DNA from: Flavobacteriaceae bacterium
GTDB lineage: Bacteria > Bacteroidota > Bacteroidia > Flavobacteriales > Flavobacteriaceae
Length of the DNA stretch: 32,000 nucleotides
Assembly (NCBI GenBank): GCA_965224465.1
Contig: OZ245049.1
Location: 2,040,001-2,072,000, forward strand
Direction of reading: 5' to 3'
Shown here: positions 1 through 12,000 of the stretch, one piece after another
Layout of the letters: every line of letters begins with the position of its first letter
Numbering within the stretch: the stretch's first letter is position 1
The notes under the pieces: generated by a model
The model's input: the letters and a program-made list of their open reading frames with translations, nothing else
Database searches by the model: none
What the model was told of the DNA's origin: nothing
Made by a program: the position numbers and the translations under genes

Positions 1-3000
1 CAGCTTGCCAAGCCTTTTACTTCTAGGGTTGTGGTACAGATAGCTCCGTTTTTAGCGGTAATTATAACATCGGTTCCTAAAGGAGCTGTTACTGTAGTTC
101 CATTCAATGATGCTCCTGTCGAAAGTGTAATATCACTTGACATATCTGCAACATCGGTGTAAATCTCGAAGGTATAATCAGCTGTTCCATCACAGGCGAT
201 TGGACCTGTACTTAAGACTGGTTTTATACATTCAGGACAGTCTGTTGGGGCAGTAATCGTGTGAACACTGTCTGCACATCCTGCATAACTAACTGTGATT
301 TTTACATCTGTTTTATTTTCTATCCCTGTGATACTATTCGTTCCAATAGTTACTCCTGAAAGCGCTGCTCCTGCTGCGTCTGTAATTGCAAGTGTTGCTC
401 CTGGGATTGTTTTATAACTAATAGTATAGCTAGCTGCTCCGTTACTTGCACAACTAGTACCTCCTATTGAAATAAGTGGATTTTCACATGGATCTAAACA
501 ATCTACTGGACTGGTCACTGCCATGGTCACCACACAATCAGTTCCGTTCTTCGCCTCGATGCTCATTGGTGTTCCAATAACTCCTGTGGCTGTTCCGTCT
601 GCGTTGTCTATTCCTCCTGTTACTGTAATGGTTGCTCCTGTACTTTCGCCATAGCTTACCGTATAACTTGTGGCGTTCATACCATCACAAATTGCTTGCC
701 CTACCACTAACTGTGGTAGTTTACAATCTGTTGGACAGGTTGCCAAGCCTTTTACTTCTAGGGTTGTGGTACAATTATTTCCGTTTTTAGCGGTAATTAT
801 AACATCGGTTCCTAAAGGAGCTGTTACTGTAGTTCCTACTAATGATGCTCCTGTCGAAAGTGTAATATCACTTGACATATCTGCAACATCGGTGTAAATC
901 TCGAAGGTATAATCAGCTGTTCCATCACAGGCGATTGGACCTGTACTTAAGACTGGTTTTATACATTCAGGACAGTCTGTTGGGGCAGTAATCGTGTGAA
1001 CACTGTCTGCACATCCTGCATAACTAACTGTGATTTTTACATCTGTTTTATTTTCTATTCCTGTGATACTTGTCGTTCCAATAGTTACTCCTGAAAGCGC
1101 TGCTCCTGCTGCGTCAGTAATTACAAGTGTTGCTCCTGGAATTATTTTATAACTAATAGTATAGCTAGCTGCTCCGTTACTTGCACAACTAGTACCTCCT
1201 ATTGAAATAAGTGGATTTTCACATGGATCTAAACAATCTACTGGACTGGTCACTGCCATGGTCACCACACAATCAGTTCCGTTCTTCGCCTCGATACTCA
1301 TTGGTGTTCCAATAACTCCTGTGGCTGTTCCGTCTGCATTGTCTGTTCCTCCTGTTACAGTTATGGTTGCTCCTGTACTTTCGCCGTAGCTTACCGTATA
1401 ACTTGTGGCGTTCATACCATCACAAATTGCTTGCCCTACCACTAACTGTGGTAGTTTACAATCTGTTGGACAGGTTGCCAAGCCTTTTACTTCTAAGGTT
1501 GTGGTACAGTTAGCTCCGTTTTTAGCGGTGATTATAACATCGGTTCCTAAAGGAGCTGTTACTGTAGTTCCTACTAATGATGCTCCTGTCGAAAGTGTAA
1601 TATCATTTGACATATCAGCAACATCTGTGTAAATTTCGAAGGTATAATTCGCTGTTCCATCACAGGCGATTGGACCTGTACTCAATGTTGGTCTTTTACA
1701 TTCTGGACAGTCTGTTGGGGCAGTAATCGTGTGAACACTGTCTGCACATCCTGCATAACTAACTGTGATTTTTACATCTGTTTTATTTTCAATCCCTGTG
1801 ATACTTGTCGTTCCAATAGTTACTCCTGAAAGCGCTGCTCCTGCTGCGTCTGTAATTACAAGTGTTGCTCCTGGAATTATTTTATAACTAATAGTATAGC
1901 TAGCTGCTCCGCTACTTGCACAACTAGTACCTCCTATTGAAACAAGTGGATTTTCACATGGATCTAAACAATCTACTGGACTGGTCACTTCCATGGTCAC
2001 CACACAATCAGTTCCGTTCTTCGCCTCGATGCTCATTGGTGTTCCAATAACTCCTGTGGCTGTTCCGTCTGCGTTGTCTGTTCCTCCTGTTACCGTTATA
2101 GTAGCTCCTGTACTTTCGCCGTAGCTTACCGTATAACTTGTGGCGTTCATACCATCACAAATTGCTTGCCCTACCACTAACTGTGGTAGTTTACAATCTG
2201 TTGGACAGCTTGCCAAGCCTTTTACTTCTAGGGTTGTGGTACAGCTAGCTCCGTTTTTAGCGGTGATTGTAACATCGGTTCCTAAAGGAGCTGTTACTGT
2301 AGTTCCATTCAATGATGCTCCTGTCGAAAGTGTAATATCACTTGACATATCTGCAACATCGGTGTAAATCTCGAAGGTATAATCAGCTGTTCCATCACAG
2401 GCGATTGGACCTGTACTCAATGTTGGTCTTTTACATTCTGGACAGTCTGTTGGAGCAGTAATCGTGTGAACACTGTCTGCACATCCTGCATAACTAACTG
2501 TGATTTTTACATCTGTTTTATTTTCTATTCCTGTGATACTTGTCGTTCCAATAGTTACTCCTGAAAGCGCTGCTCCTGCTGCGTCTGTAATTACAAGTGT
2601 TGCTCCTGGGATTATTTTATAACTAATAGTATAGCTAGCTGCTCCGTTACTTGCACAACTAGTCCCTCCTATTGAAATAAGTGGATTTTCACATGGATCT
2701 AAACAATCTACTGGACTGGTCACTTCCATGGTCACCACACAATCAGTTCCGTTCTTCGCCTCGATGCTCATTGGTGTTCCAATAACTCCTGTGGCTGTTC
2801 CGTCTGCGTTGTCTGTTCCTCCTGTTACCGTTATAGTAGCTCCTGTACTTTCGCCGTAGCTTACCGTATAACTTGTGGCGTTCATACCATCACAAATTGC
2901 TTGCCCTACCACTAACTGTGGTAGTTTACAATCTGTTGGACAACTTGCCAAGCCTTTTACTTCTAAGGTTGTGGTACAGCTAGCTCCGTTTTTAGCGGTG

Positions 3001-6000
3001 ATTATAACATCGGTTCCTAATAGCGCTGTTACTGTAGTTCCTACTAATGATGCTCCTGTCGAAAGTGTAATATCATTTGACATATCAGCAACATCTGTAT
3101 AAATCTCGAAGGTATAATTCGCTGTTCCATCACAGGCGATTGGACCTGTACTTAAGACTGGTTTTTTACATTCAGGACAGTCTGTTGGGGCAGTAATCGT
3201 GTGAACACTGTCTGCACATCCTGCATAACTAACTGTGATTTTTACATCTGTTCCGTTTGGTATCCCTGAGATACTTGTCGTTCCAATAGTTGCTCCTGCA
3301 ATTGCTGCATCTGCTGCGTCTGTAATTACAAGTGTTGCGCCTGGGATTGTTTTATAACTAATAGTATAGGTATCCGTTCCGTCAGTTGCACAACTAGTAC
3401 CTCCTATTGAAACAAGTGGATTTTCACATGGATCTAAACAATCTGCTGGACTGGTTACTTCCATGGTCACCACACAATCAGTTCCGTTCTTCGCCTCGAT
3501 GCTCATTGGTGTTCCAATAACTCCTGTGGCTGTTCCGTCTGCGTTGTCTGTTCCTCCTGTTACCGTTATGGTTGCTCCTGTACTTTCACCGTAGCTTACC
3601 GTATAACTTGCGGCGTTCATACCATCACAAATTGCTTGCCCTACCACTAACTGTGGTAGTTTACAATCTGTTGGACAGGTTGCCAAGCCTTTTACTTCTA
3701 GGATTGTGGTACAGCTAGCTCCGTTTTTAGCGGTGATTGTAACATCGGTTCCTAAAGGAGCTGATACAATATTCCCTGCTAATGATGCTCCTATCGAAAG
3801 TGTAATATCACTTGACATATCAGCAACATCTGTATAAATCTCGAAGGTATAATCAGCTCCTCCATCACAGGCGATTGGGCCTGTACTTAAGACTGGTTTT
3901 TTACATTCTGGACAGTCTGTTGGGGCAGTAATCGTGTGAACACTGTCTGCACATCCTGCATAACTAACTGTGATTTTTACATCCGTTCCGTTTGGTATCC
4001 CTGAGATACTTGTCGTTCCAACAGTTGCTCCTGCAATCGCTGCATCTGCGGCGTCTGTAATTACAAGTGTTGCGCCTGGGATTGTTTTATAACTAATAGT
4101 GTAAGTATCCGTTCCGTCAGTTGCACAACTAGTACCTCCTATTGAAACAAGTGGATTTTCACATGGATCTAAACAATCTGCTGGACTGGTCACTTCCATG
4201 GTCACCACACAATCAGTTCCGTTCTTCGCCTCGATGCTCATTGGTGTTCCAATAACTCCTGTGGCTGTTCCGTCTGCATTGTCTGTTCCTCCTGTTACCG
4301 TTATGGTTGCCCCTGTACTTTCGCCGTAGCTTACCGTATAACTTGTGGCGTTCATTCCATCACAAATTGCTTGCCCTACCACTAACTGTGGTAGTTTACA
4401 ATCTGTTGGACAGCTTGCCAAGCCTTTTACTTCTAGGGTTGTGGTACAATTATCTCCGTTTTTAGCGGTGATTGTAACATCGGTTCCTAAAGGAGCTGTT
4501 ACAATATTCCCTGCTAATGATGCTCCTATCGAAAGTGTAATATCACTTGACATATCAGCAACATCGGTATAAATCTCGAAGGTATAATTCGCTGTTCCAT
4601 CACAGGCGATTGGGCCTGTACTTAAGACTGGTTTTATACATTCAGGACAGTCTGTTGGGGCAGTAATCGTGTGAACACTGTCTGCACATCCTGCATAACT
4701 AACTGTGATTTTTACATCCGTTCCGTTTGGTATCCCTGAGATACTTGTCGTTCCAACAGTTGCTCCTGCAATCGCTGCATCTGCGGCGTCTGTAATTACA
4801 AGTGTTGCACCTGGGATTGTTTTATAACTAATAGTATAGGTATCCGTTCCGTCAGTTGCACAACTAGTACCTCCTATTGAAACAAGTGGATTTTCACATG
4901 GATCTAAACAATCTGCTGGACTGGTTACTTCCATGGTCACCACACAATCAGTTCCGTTCTTCGCCTCGATGCTCATTGGTGTTCCAATAACTCCTGTGGC
5001 TGTTCCGTCTGCGTTGTCTGTTCCGCCTGTTACCGTTATGGTAGCTCCAGTACTTTCACCGTAGCTTACCGTATAACTTGTGGCGTTTATACCATCACAA
5101 ATTGCTTGCCCTACCACTAACTGTGGTAGTTTACAATCTGTTGGACAGGTTGCCAAGCCTTTTACTTCTAGGGTTGTGGTACAATTATTTCCGTTTTTAG
5201 CGGTGATTGTAACATCGGTTCCTAAAGGAGCTGTTACAATATTCCCTGTTAATGTTCCTCCGACTACTGTAATGTTTGTAGGCATATCAGCAACATCTGT
5301 ATAAATCTCGAAGGTATAATCAGCTGTTCCATCACAGGCAATTGGACCTGTACTCAATGTTGGTTTTTTACATTCTGGACAGTCTGTTGGGGCAGTAATC
5401 ATGTGAACACTGTCTGCACATCCTGCATAACTAACTGTGATTTTTACATCCGTTCCGTTTGGTATTCCAGTGATACTTGTCGTTCCATTAGTTGCTCCTG
5501 CAATCGCTGCATCTGCGGCGTCTGTAATTACAAGTGTTGCGCCTGGTATTGTTTTATAACTAATAGTATAGGTATCCGTTCCGTCAGTTGCACAACTAGT
5601 ACCTCCTATTGAAACAAGTGGATTTTCACATGGATCTAAACAATCTGCTGGACTGGTCACTTCCATGGTCACCACACAATCAGTTCCGTTCTTCGCCTCG
5701 ATGCTCATTGGTGTTCCAATAACTCCTGTGGCTGTTCCGTCTGCATTGTCTGTTCCGCCTGTTACCGTTATGGTAGCTCCTGTACTTTCGCCGTAGCTTA
5801 CCGTATAACTTGTGGCGTTCATACCATCACAAATTGCTTGCCCTACCACTAACTGTGGTAGTTTACAATCTGTTGGACAGGTTGCCAAGCCTTTTACTTC
5901 TAGGGTTGTGGTACAGTTAGCTCCGTTTTTAGCGGTAATTATAACATCGGTTCCTAAAGGAGCTGTTACAATATTCCCTGTTAATGATGCTCCTATCGAA

Positions 6001-9000
6001 AGTGTAATATCACTTGACATATCTGCAACATCGGTGTAAATCTCGAAGGTATAATCAGCTCCTCCATCACAGGCAATTGGGCCTGTACTTAAGACTGGTT
6101 TTTTACATTCTGGACAGTCTGTTGGGGCAGTAATCGTGTGAACACTGTCTGCACATCCTGCATAACTAACTGTGATTTTTACATCTGTTCCGTTTGGTAT
6201 TCCTGTGATACTTGTCGTTCCAATAGTTGCTCCTGCAATCGCTGCATCTGCTGCGTCTGTAATTGCAAGTGTTGCTCCTGGGATTGTTTTATAACTAATA
6301 GTATAGGTATCCGTTCCGTCAGTTGCACAACTAGTACCTCCTATTGAAACAAGTGGATTTTCACATGGATCTGAACAATCTGCTGGACTGGTCACTTCCA
6401 TGGTCACCACACAATCAGTTCCGTTCTTCGCCTCGATGCTCATTGGTGTTCCAATAACTCCTGTGGCTGTTCCGTCTGCATTGTCTGTTCCGCCTGTTAC
6501 CGTTATGGTAGCTCCTGTACTTTCGCCGTAGCTTACCGTATAACTTGTGGCGTTCATACCATCACAAATTGCTTGCCCTACCACTAACTGTGGTAGTTTA
6601 CAATCTGTTGGACAGGTTGCCAAGCCTTTTACTTCTAGGGTTGTGGTACAATTATTTCCGTTTTTAGCGGTGATTGTAACATCGGTTCCTAAAGGAGCTG
6701 TTACAATATTCCCTGTTAATGTTCCTCCGACTACTGTAATGTTTGTAGGCATATCAGCAACATCTGTATAAATCTCGAAGGTATAATCAGCTGTTCCATC
6801 ACAGGCGATTGGGCCTGTACTCAATGTTGGTCTTTTACATTCAGGACAGTCTGTTGGGGCAGTAATCGTGTGAACACTGTCTGCACATCCTGCATAACTA
6901 ACTGTGATTTTTACATCCGTTCCGTTTGGTATCCCTGAGATACTTGTCGTTCCAACAGTTGCTCCTGCAATCGCTGCATCTGCGGCGTCTGTAATTACAA
7001 GTGTTGCGCCTGGGATTGTTTTATAACTAATAGTGTAAGTATCCGTTCCGTCAGTTGCACAACTAGTACCTCCTATTGAAACAAGTGGATTTTCACATGG
7101 ATCTAAACAATCTGCTGGACTGGTCACTTCCATGGTCACCACACAATCAGTTCCGTTCTTCGCCTCGATGCTCATTGGTGTTCCAATAACTCCTGTGGCT
7201 GTTCCGTCTGCATTGTCTGTTCCGCCTGTTACCGTTATGGTAGCTCCTGTACTTTCGCCGTAGCTTACCGTATAACTTGTGGCGTTCATACCATCACAAA
7301 TTGCTTGCCCTACCACTAACTGTGGTAGTTTACAATCTGTTGGACAGGTTGCCAAGCCTTTTACTTCTAGGGTTGTGGTACAATTATTTCCGTTTTTAGC
7401 GGTGATTGTAACATCGGTTCCTAAAGGAGCTGTTACAATATTCCCTGCTAATGATGCTCCTATCGAAAGTGTAATATCACTTGACATATCAGCAACATCG
7501 GTGTAAATCTCGAAGGTATAATCAGCTCCTCCATCACAGGCAATTGGGCCTGTACTTAAGACTGGTTTTTTACATTCTGGACAGTCTGTTGGGGCAGTAA
7601 TCGTGTGAACACTGTCTGCACATCCTGCATAACTAACTGTGATTTTTACATCCGTTCCGTTTGGTATTCCTGTGATACTTGTCGTTCCAATAGTTGCTCC
7701 TGCAATCGCTGCATCTGCGGCGTCTGTAATTACAAGTGTTGCACCTGGGATTGTTTTATAACTAATAGTATAGGTATCCGTTCCGTCAGTTGCACAACTA
7801 GTACCTCCTATTGAAACAAGTGGATTTTTACATGGATCTAAACAATCTGCTGGACTGGTTACTTCCATGGTCACCACACAATCAGTTCCGTTCTTCGCCT
7901 CGATGCTCATTGGTGTTCCAATAACTCCTGTGGCTGTTCCGTCTGCGTTGTCTGTTCCACCTGTTACCGTTATGGTTACTCCTGTACTTTCACCGTAGCT
8001 TACCGTATAACTTGTGGCGTTCATACCATCACAAATTGCTTGCCCTAGCACTAACTGTGGTAGTTTACAATCTGTTGGGCAGGTTACCAAGCCTTTTACT
8101 TCTAGGGTTGTGGTACAGTTAGCTCCGTTTTTAGCGATAATTATTACATCGGTTCCTAAAGGAGCTGATACTGTAGTTCCATTCAATGATGCTCCTGTCG
8201 AAAGTGTAATATCACTTGACATATCTGCAACATCTGTATAAATCTCGAAGGTATAATCAGCTGTTCCATCACAGGCAATTGGGCCTGTACTTAAGACTGG
8301 TTTTTTACATTCTGGACAGTCTGTTGGGGCAGTAATCGTGTGAACACTGTCTGCACATCCTGCATAACTAACTGTGATTTTTACATCTGTTCCGTTTGGT
8401 ATCCCTGAGATACTTGTCGTTCCAATAGTTGCTCCTGCAATTGCTGCATCTGCTGCGTCTGTAATTACAAGTGTTGCGCCTGGGATTGTTTTATAACTAA
8501 TAGTATAGGTATCCGTTCCGTCAGTTGCACAACTAGTACCTCCTATTGAAACAAGTGGATTTTCACATGGATCTAAACAATCTGCTGGACTGGTTACTTC
8601 CATGGTCACCACACAATCAGTTCCGTTCTTCGCCTCGATGCTCATTGGTGTTCCAATAACTCCTGTGGCTGTTCCGTCTGCATTGTCTGTTCCGCCTGTT
8701 ACCGTTATGGTAGCTCCTGTACTTTCGCCGTAGCTTACCGTATAACTTGTGGCGTTCATACCATCACAAATTGCTTGCCCTACCACTAACTGTGGTAGTT
8801 TACAATCTGTTGGGCAGGTTACCAAGCCTTTTACTTCTAGGGTTGTGGTACAGTTAGCTCCGTTTTTAGCGATAATTATTACATCGGTTCCTAAAGGAGC
8901 TGATACTGTAGTTCCATTCAATGATGCTCCTGTCGAAAGTGTAATATCACTTGACATATCTGCAACATCTGTATAAATCTCGAAGGTATAATCAGCTGTT

Positions 9001-12000
9001 CCATCACAGGCAATTGGACCTGTACTCAATGTTGGTTTTTTACATTCAGGACAGTCTGTTGGGGCAGTAATCGTGTGAACACTGTCTGCACATCCTGCAT
9101 AACTAACTGTGATTTTTACATCTGTTCCGTTTGGTATCCCTGAGATACTTGTCGTTCCAATAGTTACTCCTGAAAGCGCTGCTCCTGCTGCGTCTGTAAT
9201 TACAAGTGTTGCTCCTGGGATTATTTTATAACTAATAGTATAGCTAGCTGCTCCGTTACTTGCACAACTAGTACCTCCTATTGAAACAAGTGGATTTTCA
9301 CATGGATCTAAACAATCTGCTGGACTGGTCACTTCCATGGTCACCACACAATCAGTTCCGTTCTTCGCCTCGATGCTCATTGGTGTTCCAATAACTCCTG
9401 TGGCTGTTCCGTCTGCGTTGTCTGTTCCGCCTGTTACCGTTATGGTTGCTCCAGTACTTTCGCCGTAGCTTACCGTATAACTTGTGGCGTTTATACCATC
9501 ACAAATTGCTTGCCCTACCACTAACTGTGGTAGTTTACAATCTGTTGGACAGCTTGCCAAGCCTTTTACTTCTAGGGTTGTGGTACAGCTAGCTCCGTTT
9601 TTAGCAGTAATTATAACATCGGTTCCTAATAGCGCTGTTACTGTAGTTCCTACTAATGATGCTCCTGTCGAAAGTGTAATATCACTTGACATATCTGCAA
9701 CATCGGTGTAAATCTCGAAGGTATAATCAGCTCCTCCATCACAGGCAATTGGGCCTGTACTCAATGTTGGTCTTTTACATTCAGGACAGTCTGTTGAGGC
9801 AGTAATCATGTGAACACTGTCTGCACATCCTGCATAACTAACTGTGATTTTTACATCCGTTCCGTTTGGTATTCCAGTGATACTTGTCGTTCCAATAGTT
9901 GCTCCTGCAATCGCTGCATCTGCGGCGTCTGTAATTACAAGTGTTGCGCCTGGTATTGTTTTATAACTAATAGTATAGGTATCCGTTCCGTCAGTTGCAC
10001 AACTAGTACCTCCTATTGAAACAAGTGGATTTTCACATGGATCTAAACAATCTACTGGACTGGTCACTTCCATGGTCACCACACAATCAGTTCCGTTCTT
10101 CGCCTCGATGCTCATTGGTGTTCCAATAACTCCTGTGGCTGTTCCGTCTGCATTGTCTGTTCCTCCTGTTACTGTTATGGTTGCTCCTGTACTTTCGCCG
10201 TAGCTTACCGTATAACTTGTGGCGTTCATACCATCACAAATTGCTTGCCCTACCACTAACTGTGGTAGTTTACAATCTGTTGGACAGGTTGCCAAGCCTT
10301 TTACTTCTAGGGTTGTGGTACAATTATTTCCGTTTTTAGCGGTAATTATAACATCGGTTCCTAAAGGAGCTGTTACTGTAGTTCCATTCAATGATGCTCC
10401 TGTCGAAAGTGTAATATCACTTGACATATCTGCAACATCGGTGTAAATCTCGAAGGTATAATCAGCTGTTCCATCACAGGCGATTGGACCTGTACTTAAG
10501 ACTGGTTTTATACATTCAGGACAGTCTGTTGGGGCAGTAATCGTGTGAACACTGTCTGCACATCCTGCATAACTAACTGTGATTTTTACATCTGTTTTAT
10601 TTTCTATCCCTGTGATACTATTCGTTCCAATAGTTACTCCTGAAAGCGCTGCTCCTGCTGCGTCTGTAATTACAAGTGTTGCTCCTGGGATTGTTTTATA
10701 ACTAATAGTATAGCTAGCTGCTCCGTTACTTGCACAACTAGTACCTCCTATTGAAATAAGTGGATTTTCACATGGATCTAAACAATCTACTGGACTGGTC
10801 ACTGCCATGGTCACCACACAATCAGTTCCGTTCTTCGCCTCGATGCTCATTGGTGTTCCAATAACTCCTGTGGCTGTTCCGTCTGCGTTGTCTGTTCCTC
10901 CTGTTACCGTTATGGTTGCTCCTGTACTTTCGCCGTAGCTTACCGTATAACTTGTGGCGTTCATACCATCACAAATTGCTTGCCCTACCACTAACTGTGG
11001 TAGTTTACAATCTGTTGGACAGCTTGCCAAGCCTTTTACTTCTAGGGTTGTGGTACAGCTAGCTCCGTTTTTAGCGGTAATTATAACATCGGTTCCTAAA
11101 GGAGCTGTTACTGTAGTTCCATTCAATGATGCTCCTGTCGAAAGTGTAATATCACTTGACATATCTGCAACATCGGTGTAAATCTCGAAGGTATAATCAG
11201 CTGTTCCATCACAGGCGATTGGACCTGTACTTAAGACTGGTTTTATACATTCAGGACAGTCTGTTGGGGCAGTAATCGTGTGAACACTGTCTGCACATCC
11301 TGCATAACTAACTGTGATTTTTACATCTGTTTTATTTTCTATCCCTGTGATACTATTCGTTCCAATAGTTATTCCTGAAAGCGCTGCTCCTGCTGCGTCT
11401 GTAATTACAAGTGTTGCTCCTGTAATTATTTTATAACTAATAGTATAGCTAGCTGCTCCGTTACTTGCACAACTAGTACCTCCTATTGAAATAAGTGGAT
11501 TTTCACATGGATCTAAACAATCTACTGGACTGGTCACTGCCATGGTCACCACACAATCAGTTCCGTTCTTCGCCTCGATGCTCATTGGTGTTCCTATAAC
11601 TCCTGTGGCTGTTCCGTCTGCATTGTCTGTTCCTCCTGTTACTGTAATGGTTGCTCCTGTACTTTCGCCGTAGCTTACCGTATAACTTGTGGCGTTCATA
11701 CCATCACAAATTGCTTGCCCTACCACTAACTGTGGCAGTTTACAATCTGTTGGACAGGTTGCCAAGCCTTTTACTTCTAGGGTTGTGGTACAATTATTTC
11801 CGTTTTTAGCGGTAATTATAACATCGGTTCCTAAAACAGCTGTTACAATATTCCCTGTTAATGTTCCTCCGACTACTGTAATGTTTGTAGGCATATCTGA
11901 AACATCGGTGTAAATCTCGAAGGTATAATCAGCTGTTCCATCACAGGCGATTGGACCTGTACTCAATGTTGGTCTTTTACATTCTGGACAGTCTGTTGGG

